Positions 26,336-36,489 of a stretch of DNA of 64,000 nt are shown here, piece after piece. Numbering within the stretch: the first letter of the stretch is position 1; every line of letters begins with the position of its first letter. Under the pieces are notes generated by a model that was not told the DNA's origin, did not search any database, and saw only the letters and a list, made by a program, of their open reading frames with translations. A program made the position numbers and the translations under genes. The stretch is taken from the NCBI RefSeq assembly GCF_009914755.1, contig NC_060933.1; one strand, given 5' to 3'. This DNA is from the human T2T-CHM13v2.0 reference genome, Homo sapiens.

Positions 26336-26957
26336 GAGTGTGACTGCGCGAATGTGTATAGTGTGTGAGTATGTGTGTGTATATGTGAGTGTGTGTATAT
26401 GTGGGTGTGTATATGTGTATGAGTGAGTGTGCGTCTGTGTATATGCGTGTCTGTGTGAGAGCGTATGACTGTAAATGAGTGTGTTTGTGTGTGTGAGTGC
26501 CTGAGTGTAGGTCTGTGTGTGTGTGACTGAGTGTGCAGGTACATCTGTGTATGCGAGTGTGTATATGTGTGTGAATGTGTCTGTGTGAGAGAATGTGTGT
26601 CTGTTTATATGGGTGTCTGTGTGAGAGAGTGTATGACTATAAATGAGTGTACTTGTGTGTGTGAGTGCCTGAACGTATGTCTGTGTGTGTGTGACTGAGT
26701 GTGCAGGTACATCTGTGTATGTGTGTGAGCATGTATGTGTGTGTGTCTGTGTGAGACAGTGTGTGACTGTGCGGAATGTGTTTGTGTACATGAGTGTGTG
26801 TATGGGGGGGAGTATGTGAGTGTGAATACCTGAGTGTGTGGATGTGTCTGGGTCTGTGTGGGGAGAATATGGGTGTGAGAGTGTGTGACTGCGTGACTGC
26901 ATATGTATGTGTGTTAGCGTGTGCATGAGTGTGTGTGAGTGTGTGTGGATGTGTGCA
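26336..26957. repeat. GT-rich low-complexity tract with an internal 168-bp-period duplication
   Basis: gtatgact(g/a)taaatgag at 26463 and 26631; gtgcaggtacatctgtgtatg at 26533 and 26701. Confidence 0.95.
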
Positions 26958-27216
26958 TGCTGCCCAGGCTGGAGTGCAGTGGCACGACCTGGGCTCACTG
27001 CAACCTCCATATCCCAGGATCAAGCGATCCTTGTGCCTCAGTAGCTAAGACTACAGGGGTGCACCACCACATCCAGCTAATTGTGTTGTATTTTTTAGTA
27101 GAGACTTGGTTTCACCACGTTGGCCAGACTGGTCTCGAACTCCTGACCTCAAGTCATCTGCCCACCTCTGCCTCCCGAAGTGCTGCAGTTACGGGCATGA
27201 GCCACCCCGCCCGGCC
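26958..27216 (-). mobile_element. AluJb-like lacking its 3' end and poly-A
   Basis: tgcccaggctggagtgcagtgg...gagccaccccgcccggcc; abuts the GT tract directly. Confidence 0.92.
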
Positions 27217-27764
27217 TGGAGTGGGAGTTCTGTCCACCTCAGGGTGGGAGGCTGTGGCACAGCTGCGTCTCGCTTTCCCCCAAACTGAGGAAGAGGTTTC
27301 CTGTCTGCTCTTGGGCAGAACTGAAAACCTGAGGCTAGGAGAGTAAGGACGCAAAGAAGTTGGAGAGTGGGGATTCACCTGGAGGGTGACAAGGCACACA
27401 GTGGAAGCCTGTGGTGGGAGGGGACAGCAGCAGCAGCTGCAGGAGGAGGGGCAGGACTCACCTTGCCCATGCAGGCCTGCAGGAGGAAGCAGGGGAGTGG
27501 GAAGGAGAGGGTCACAGCCGAAGGGATTCTTCAGTTCCAGCAGCCCATGAACTGGCAAGAGGAAACAAAAGGGGAACAACAACGCTTCTGTGGGATGAAA
27601 GGCTGGTGAAGCAGAGCGGTTGAAGGCTTGGTCTGGAAGCTGGTTATGATAAAACTTTCACATGGTTGGGAAGAAACCCTGGGCCTCACTTGCTGTGTCC
27701 CCCAAATGTTTCTTTCCCTTCCCAACTTGGAAATAAATGAAGGCACTGTGTGGGGTTCTCTGAC

Positions 27765-27895
27765 ATTCACTATCTCATAGTCAAGCCTCACAAATCTTAG
27801 GACCGTTTTACAAAAGGGGAGATTGAGGCTCACAGAGATGAAGTAACTTGCCGAGGGCATAGGGTAGGGTCATAAGCCCAGGTCTCGGGGACGTG
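27765..27895 (-). mobile_element. MIR
   Basis: gattgaggctcacagagatgaagtaacttgccgagg. Confidence 0.7.
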
Positions 27896-28034
27896 CCTGG
27901 GCAATGGCAGAAAGTCCCCCTTGCGCTTTTCTTGGGTAGTAATGTAGATATTCTTAATGTCAAAGGGCATCTTCCTCCTCTTGTGACACAAACACCAAGT
28001 GCTTAATTTGGAAACTGTCGTAGACACTAAAATC

Positions 28035-28200
28035 CACTGTCTCATTTGTTCCTCATGATCTTGCAAATTAGCTATCATTACCCCATTATCTGAAGCAAAC
28101 TGAAGGGACTTCTCCAAGGACACACAGCTATGTCATGCTGGAGCCAGGATTCAAACCCAAACCCATTTTGCCCATGCTCTGGTCTACTGCACTATCCTGC
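28035..28200 (-). mobile_element. MIR
   Basis: atcattaccccattatctgaagcaaactgaa...ccaaggacacacagcta...ggagccaggattcaaaccca. Confidence 0.8.
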
Positions 28201-28824
28201 CTTCCTCATGGGAGAAAGGGCTCCTCCCACTGACTCCCTGCCCCCCTTTTGGCTCTGCCCACGAAAGGAGGTGCATTGCACCCATGCAACAATGCTCATT
28301 GCTCATTACTCACGGCCTCCCAGGCCTCCCAGTGATTAAGCCCTTAGAACTTCCCTTCGGCCGCGGGTGACATCATTGCATAATTAAGGTGACTGTGATG
28401 CCCAACTGCGTGCACCAAACAAAGGTTCCTTGTTTTAATTTATCATCCCAGCTCTCCTTGTGCAAGACTGAGCTCCAACTGGTAATTAAGGGAGACGGTT
28501 TAACCTGGCTGAATGAGAGCAGGGCTTGGGGCAAAGTGGCAGAAGGGTGACCCAATGTCAACTCTTAATTTGATATGGTAATGAGGATACCAATAAAAGA
28601 TAATAAGGAGTAGGCTTACCCCAGAAAGAGGAGAGCTCAACACTAATCTGAAGCTTTCCTTTTATGTAATTTTCTTGCCAAGTAGCTAAAAAGATTTTTT
28701 TGTCTTCTTTTATTTCTCAGCTGACCCTTTGATGGAGCTACTACTGAGCAGTCACATGCCCTGAAGTTGGTCACTTTCTACCCAGAGCATCGTGTTAATG
28801 CACATAGATTCTGCAACACAGGCT

Positions 28825-29040
28825 ACAAAGATTCAAAGACAGCTTTGCTGTTTGCTAGCTTTGTGACCTCAAGCAAGTTACTGAAATTCCTGTCCCTCCG
28901 TTACTGCATCCATAAAAGGGCAGTTGCAAAACTAGTACCTGCCTCATCAGGGTGTTGTGGGGTTGAAAGTGAATTAATATGTGTTCGGTCTCGAGGTCAG
29001 TGCCTGTTGCATAAGCACTTTGTATCTGTTATTATTGCCT
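28825..29040 (+). mobile_element. MIR
   Basis: ctagctttgtgacctcaagcaagttac...gtacctgcctcatcagggtgttgtggggtt. Confidence 0.75.
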
Positions 29041-29199
29041 TCAAAACTCTCTTCACTGTCTGTGTACGACTTTCCAGCGTCTTGCATAGATTAAGTGTTT
29101 AATAAATATCTCTTCATGACATTTTATGTCTTCCCCTCTTCCCTCTCTTTGTCCTTCTCTCTCCACAAATGGGGACCTCATTTCTACCTTCATACATAA

Positions 29200-29481
29200 A
29201 GGGAAATATGGAGCAGACCCATTAGTTTGCAAGTACAATGAGTTAGGAAGGGACTCGCCCCTCGTAGGGTGCAGAGGCCAGGTGAATAGCAACTTGGAGT
29301 ATGGTAGCCGGATAGAGAAGTTGGTTGGGACATGGGCTTGTATTTAAAAAGCAGCTAACAGATGAGGTTTTCACTGTCTCTAGGAATTGACCAAGCCTGG
29401 GAGGAACAGTCCCTCCAGGGCCAGCAAGACCTCAGAGGTCAAAACATCAGAATGCAGAAAATGAAAGACATGGTTTACATA
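29200..29481 (-). mobile_element. ERVL-type LTR fragment (MER54/MER73/MER74 group)
   Basis: gaccaagcctgggaggaacagtccctccagggccagcaag...gtcaaaacatcagaatgcagaaaatgaaagacatggtttacata resembles the reverse-complemented LTR start. Confidence 0.5.
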
Positions 29482-29858
29482 CTCTCTTGCTTTCTCCCCT
29501 TCTGAGAACTGTCAGTTGCCTTAATATAACTTACATTCAGGAGACTCTCAAGGGAGGCTAAATTGTACAGCAAAGTTTGTTTTCTTTATTGAGCTGAGCT
29601 CCCTTGAACCCGCATAGCTACCTGGCCAGGATGGGGACTCAGACCTCACCAGGGTCTGCCAGCTGGGGCCAGGGCTGTGCCCTTGGGTGTCTCCTCGGAG
29701 AGGCATTCTTCACCTGCATCTACTTGTCTAAGTAACACCTCTCCTTTGGGGTGAACTGTAACCTGCCTCATCACTACCTTTCCCAGCTTCCCAACACTTT
29801 CCCAGTTACTTCGTTGTTTCCTCTCCTGAATTTCCAGACTATTTTTTCTATTCTTCTT

Positions 29859-31037
29859 CTTCTTATTTTTATTCCAATAGTTTTTGGAGTACAGGTGATT
29901 TTTGTTACATGGATGAGTTCTTTAGTGGGGAATTCTGATATTTTAGTGCACCAGTCACCCGAGCAGTGTACATGGCAGGCATATGCCATCTTTTATCCCT
30001 CACTCCCCTTCCAACCTCCCATCTGTGAGTCCCCAAAGTCCATTATATCACTCTATGTTTTTGCATCCCCATAGCTTAGATTCCCCACCTATATTTGAGA
30101 ACATACAGTTTTCTATTTCTGAGTGACTTCACATAGAATAATGGTCTCCAGCTCCATCCAAGTTTCACAAAATACGTTATTTTGTTCCTTTTTTATGGCT
30201 GAGTAGTATTCCATTATAACCACTCTGTCAATGGGCACTTTGGTTGGTTCCATATCCTTGCAATCGCAAACTGTGCTCCTATAAATATATGTGCACATGT
30301 CTTTTTCATATAATGACTTATTTTCCTTTGGGTAGATACCTAGTAGTGAGATTTCTGGATCAAATGACAGTTCTATTTTTAGTTCTTTAAGGAATCTTCA
30401 CACTGTTTTCCATAATGTTTATACTAGTTTACATTCCCACCAGCAGTGTAGAAGTGTTCCCTGATCACTGCATCCATGCCAACATCTACTGTTTTTTGAT
30501 TTTTTGATTATGGCCATTCTTGCAGGAGTAAGGTGGTATTACATTGTGGTTTTGATTTGCATTTCCCTGATGATTAGTGATGTTGAGCATTATTTTCATA
30601 TGTTTGTTGGCTGTTTGTATATGTTCTTTTTAGAAATGTCTATTCATGTCCTTTGCCTATTTTTGATGGGATTATTTCCTTTTTTCCTTGCAGATTTGTT
30701 TGAGTTCCTTGTAGATTCTGGATACCAGTCCTTTGCCGGATGCATAGTTTACAAATATTTTCACCCACTCTGTGGATTTTCTGTTTACTTTGCTGATTAT
30801 TTCTTTTGTGGTGCAGGAGCTTTTTAGTGTAATTAGATCCAATTTATTATTATTATTATTATTTGCATTTGCTTTTGGGGTCTTATTCATGAATACTTTG
30901 CCTAAGGCAATGTGCGGAAGAGTTTTCCCAATGTTATCTTCTAGAATTTTTATGGTTTCAGGTCTTAGATTTAAGTCTTTGATCCATCTTGAGTTTATTT
31001 TTGTATAAGATTGTGGGGGGGGGGGGACTTAGTTCCA
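29859..31037 (-). mobile_element. L1PB 3' segment (non-inverted part of twin-primed insertion)
   Basis: Degenerate poly-T, L1PB-type 3'UTR (caatagtttttggagtacaggtg...gttctttagtggg), antisense ORF2 C-terminus; TSD tctattcttctt at 29847-29858. Confidence 0.93.
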
Positions 31038-32405
31038 AAAGATAGGGGAAGAGGAATTCCTGCCTAAATTGTTCTATGAAGCCAGTATCACCCTAACAAC
31101 AAAACAGGAAAGGATATAACAACAACAACAATAAACTATAGACCAATACCCTTGATGAAAACAGATTCAAAAATCCTCAACAAAATACTATCTAACTGAA
31201 GCCAACAGCACATCAAGAAGATAATATATCATGATTAAGTGGGTTTCATCCCAGGGATGCAGGGATGGTTTAACATATGGAAGTTAATAAAAGTGTTGCG
31301 TCACATAAAGAAAATTAAAAATAAAAGCCATATGATCATCTCAATAGAAATGCAGAAAATGAATTTGATGAAATCCAACATTGCTTTATGATAAAAACCC
31401 TCAACAAAACAGACATAGAAGGGACTTACCTCAAAGTGATAAAAGCCATGTATGACAAACACACAGCCAACATTATACTGAATGGGAAAAAGTTGAAAAC
31501 ATTCCCCTTGAGAAGTGGAACAAGATAAGGATGCCCACTTTCACCACTCCTATTCAACATAGTACTGAAAGGCCTAGCCAGGGCAATCAGGCAAGCAAAA
31601 TAGATAAAGGCCATCCAAATTGGAAAAGAGGAAAACTGTTGCTGTTCACTCATGATGTGGTTGTATACCTAGAAAACTGTAAAAACTCATCCTAAAGGCT
31701 CCTAGATGTGATGAATGAATTCAGTAAAGTCTCAGGTTACAAAATCAATGTATACAAATCAGTAGCACTGCTATACCTCAACAAAGATCAATCTGAGAAT
31801 TAAACCAAAAACTGAATCCCTTTTACAACAGCTGCAAAAAAATAAAATACTTAGGAATGTACTTACCCAAGGAGGTGAAAGATCTCTACAAGGAAAACTA
31901 CAAAACACTGCTGAAAGAAATCACAGATGACACAAACAAATGGATACACATCCCATGCTCATGAATGGGAAGAATCAATAATATGAAAATGACCATACTA
32001 GCCAAAGCAATCTACAGATTCAATGCAATTCCCATCAAAATTCCATCATGATTTTTCACAGAACTAGAAAAAACAATCCTAAAATTAATAGGGAACCAAA
32101 AAAGAGCCTACCTAGCCAAAACAATACTAAGCAAAAAGAACAAATCTGGAGACATCATATTACCTGACTTCAAATTACACCCACAAGACTACAGCTACCA
32201 AAACAATATGATACCGCTGTAATAATAGGCACTTAGGCCAATGGAACAAGATAGAGGACCCAGAAATACAGGCAAATACTTACAGCCAACTGATTTTCGA
32301 CAAAGCATACAAAAACAGAAATTGGGGAAAGGACACTCTATTCCGTAAATGGTGCTGGGAAAACTGGTAAGCCACATGTAGTAGAATGGAACTAGGTCCC
32401 CATCT
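31033..32405 (+). mobile_element. L1PB ORF2 segment (inverted 5' part), disabled
   Basis: Translates to L1 RT motifs with stops: [40 protein letters not shown]; TSD copy at 32403-32414. Confidence 0.95.
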
Positions 32406-32632
32406 ATTCTTCTTTTATGGAAATTTTCACTTTCTGTCATTTGATATATGTTGTGTATCTGCCTTTATCACCTTTAAAAAACATGCGAGTACCCTGAGGA
32501 CAGGGACTGAGCAACTGCACCTTACTCGTTCTAGTGTTACTCTTTCCTTCTCTATATTCCTAGCATTCAGCATGATGCTTGGTGCATGAGCATTTGATGA
32601 GCATTTATTGAGTAACAGAAACTTAATATTTT

Positions 32633-33035
32633 ATGTTAGGTCCCCCAGAAGCTGACACTCAAGCAAGGATTCAGAGCAAGTTGTTTGTTTAAACAGTGAT
32701 CCTAGGAAGCACTGGTAGAAGGGTGGAGAAGGAGAAGTGGAAGTTGTGGGGGGACTGTTTAGTGCATGCTAATGACCTGTTTACCACTGATGGCAACTCG
32801 GGCTCTGTTTTGCAGGTACTCTGTAGGACACAGCTCAAGTTGTCCCATCTGGGTTATTTGTCCATATGCCATTGGAGGTGGGCTGCCCCTGGGTCAGTGA
32901 ACTCCATGACACATGAGCAGAACAATGGCCAGAGCAGACTCTCCACAGGGTCCCAGATGGCTATGGCAAGAAATCAAGCCATTGACCTTGAGTGCCAGTG
33001 TGTTATGGGTGGGTACATAGCCATCTGCTATACCT
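32633..33035 (-). mobile_element. ERVL LTR (LTR33/LTR16-like)
   Basis: ggtcccccagaagctgacactcaagcaaggattc...gtgatcctaggaagcactggtag...accactgatggcaact. Confidence 0.7.
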
Positions 33036-34729
33036 AAGTTGTAAAATCAAGGTTAAATAGCCACAGGTTCTAAAATCGAGGTACCTGCAACTATCAGCCA
33101 AGAGGCAGAGAAAAAACAAGAACAGACTTAAAGTCATTTATCCATTTTATTGTTATTGTCTTGAGTTTCTCGTGGGAAGGGGTCAGCTGACATTGAGAGT
33201 AGGTGGTTGACATCCTCATGGACCCCTGCATTTTCCCACCCTATGCCTGGCTCCACAGCTGGGAACATCTGGGCTGCATCCCAAGGTAAGCTGTCCAGAA
33301 AGCTGTGGGATGGCCAAGATGTGCCTTGGTTGAGGCGGGCTGGGGGGACGTTCCAGCTGCCGTGACTTCAACTCCCCCTGGATAGCCCTCCCCTTACTCC
33401 AAGCAGCAATATTTCTCCAAGGATGATGCTTTCATCTTTTTCCCTTCACTCAAAGAAAGGGCATGTTTCCCCTTTGCAGAACATGTTGATGACCATTTCC
33501 TCTTGGAAACATCTGTGCCTCTAGGCTCCAAGCTATGTCTGCCTTTCTTATTTTGCCCCAAGTTCTCCCACTGCACAGAGGTAGGGGCCTCTTGGAGCCT
33601 TGGACCACATCATTCTGGTGAAGTGCAAAATGGGATAACTTCGAGTAAACTTAAAGCCAAAAGTAATCAAGATAATCTGGGCCCCTGACCTCGTTCAGGA
33701 GACCTACATTAAGAAGGCAGAGCAGGATGCAGTGGGAATGGGGTGGAAAGTGGAGACTGTTGACGCCAAATGCTCCTGAGTCTGGCTTGAGTGAAGATGT
33801 TGTCACTTAGCTCAATGCACAAAAGCATCCCAGCAAAGTTCCATACTTTAGACATTCTTGAATTTGGCAATTTCTATTTTATATTTTTGGACACTCTTCT
33901 GGAATAATCTGTCAATTAACATATACCAGATTCGCTTTGTTTTTTTTCCTTTGGCAAAACCCTACAAAAATGTTTCCCAAACCCTTCAGTTCCCCAGAGT
34001 TTTCTAGTAATCACAAGCAGACCTCCCCATGTGTCGGCTGACTGCAGTGTTCCCTAACATTCCACCGGCACCGCAAGTTTGAGTACTCCTCTGGGACAAA
34101 ACCTTCCATCATGCTCTGGCCAGGATCCTGCACTGACAGAGCCAGGTACATCTGTAGAATTGACAAGGGTATTTTTTAGAAACACAGCAAATTGATTCTG
34201 GATTATGTTTTAAGTACAGTAATGAGGTTAAAAGAAACAAGAGCAGAAAAAACAGGTACCACAGATTAGCAAAGAGAATGTTGTCACAAGAATACTGGCT
34301 TACAAGCTCAGAAACCTGGGTCTCATCCCAAAATGCTACTAAAGATCAATGCGACCTTTGAAAAATTTGTCAACATTGCTGGCTCCACTTTCCTCCTCAA
34401 TTATCAAATGGGGCATTGGACCATATTCCAACTCTAAAATTGTTAAGAATACATAGATTTTCAAAATACGTAATATAGATGTCTTCATACACTTTGGAGA
34501 AAAAAACAGTGCCTTATGTGATAAATAGATGCTTAGTAGAGCGGAAATCAAGTAGCACATGGGAAGAAACTGCTATCTCACTGTTTGGTGATCCCATCTC
34601 TCAAATTGAATAATTGTATAGTTTTATAAATGGTTTATATTAGCAATACCCTGAAATAGAAAATACTGTTTTTTTTGAATCATCACTTAAAGATTTTTCT
34701 TCTCATTCTTTCAGGTGTCAGAATAACAA

Positions 34730-34950
34730 CTTCAATTTATTATGAACCTCTTGTTTGTTAGGCGTCACATTACAGTAATCACTTTTTCACACACTAATTC
34801 AATGGAGTAGTGTCATTTTTATGCCCCTTCTTCTGATGAAGAAATTAAGCTTCGGAGAGGTTAAAGACCTTTCCCAAGTCACACAGCTGGTAAGTGTCAG
34901 GGCTGGGATCTGGAACCAGACATCTGACCATAGTGACGACTTCTGTCCAT
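34730..34950 (-). mobile_element. MIR
   Basis: gatgaagaaattaagcttcggagaggttaaagacctttcccaagtcacacagctggtaagtgtcagggctgggat. Confidence 0.85.
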
Positions 34951-35964
34951 TCATCACCAGCGCCATCCTGGTGATACTGAGAGAAATACTCTGAAATTCA
35001 CTTGACTTCTCTCCAATGTACTTAATGCTGTGAAAAGAACTTTCAGAAAGGGTGAAGACTGAGAAACTACCTTTGTCTTCAGAAGAATTCTAGGGGTACA
35101 GGCTGTGTGAATTATGGGTAAGGTCCGCGTAATATCCCCAACAAGATAGGAGGCTCTAGCTTGTTGGAGTGCTTGTTCTCTCTCCTTATTATCTACTCCT
35201 GGTAGAGATAACACAGATAGCTCCTCTGAACAACAAAAGGGTCGTCTTCTCAAGGTCTTTTACCTTAAGACTTAAGCTTCACCACATCACATTGATTTAA
35301 CTTCTCTCTTTTGCGTTTGGCTTGCCAAGATTCCAAAAACAAGTTTTACTGTGTCACCAGATTGGTACTTATGGAACTCAAGTTTTCATGGTTTCATCTG
35401 AAGCTGGAAACAGAATTAAGCGATTCCAAAATGACCATCGGACACCAGATTCTATTCCCAGCCCCTCCTGGAGCCAGGGGAGAATGATACAATTTGCCAA
35501 GTCTCAAATCCATCCCACACGGCCAGCCTGAAAATGCATCCTGACTCAGGCTTTTTCTTGTTTTAATTTGTTTATTTGTGATGGGGACTTGCTGCTTCTA
35601 GGAGGGTTCCATTTAAAAAAAAAATCTCAGAAGACATCAAAAAGTTCTGACAAAACAACATGTTGATGATTTAAGTGTAAATATGTCAGAGACATATGGT
35701 TTCTATTATTCATGAAATAACACGTGGGTTTAAAAATCAAGGGGAAAAGTGTTTGGTAAAACACATTGAGGACTTGGCTAAATGTTTTTTAAAGGCCAGT
35801 TCTGAAGCCTCAAGGGGGAAACACACTGAGGGGAACAAATCCAGGCTCCCAGCCCCTCCCTTGTTTGTCTCTTTTCTTGATCAGAGATGGCACATGTGTT
35901 GTCACCAGAGCACTGATGCATCTGCCACCACAGTGACATTTATCCAGCAAATTGTGTTTTGATG

Positions 35965-36130
35965 GACAAGACTAGGTCCTGATTGAATCCCTGTTGTTTG
36001 CTAGCAATGGTAGTTTGAGGCAAGTTAATGGATCTGAAAAATGGAAAAATATAGCTCACAGAATTATTCTGAGCATTTGTGTTAATATATGTCAATTGCC
36101 TGGCACATAGTAGATGCTTAACAAGAGGGA
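35965..36130 (+). mobile_element. MIR
   Basis: ttgaatcc...ttgaggcaagtta...tctgaaaaatgg...tgcctggcacatagtagatgctta. Confidence 0.65.
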
Positions 36131-36489
36131 GCTTTTAATAATAATCATTGTTCACTTGAAAAGTGGTAATAGGAAGGGTGGGTAAGGGAACCTAGGACCA
36201 AAATTGTTTCTGGAGTATGAAGAATCTGTAGGATCACAGGAGATCCTCTAACCCCCTCTCTACCCAAAGATGCAACCAGTGGGGGAAGAGAGATACTGTA
36301 CTGGCTGTTGCTAAAGGCAAACAAAAAACAAGAAAGAGCACAAATCCGGGAGGTCATAATAAACTCAGTCTCCGTTGACCAACTCACCAAGGTACTTGTC
36401 GTTCAAGGCACACTTTTAAACGGTTTTCCTAATTTAAGGATATTTATTCAAATCTGATAATATTTGGATTAAGTTTTTTAAGTCAATGA

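Noticed and set aside
26222-27010. 262-aa His/Thr-rich ORF as a real protein
   Set aside because: Starts inside an Alu and translates a CA-rich tract that lacks stops by composition
31033-32405. Functional reverse transcriptase
   Set aside because: L1 ORF2 fragment with several stops and frameshifts, a degenerate catalytic FADD motif, truncated and inverted
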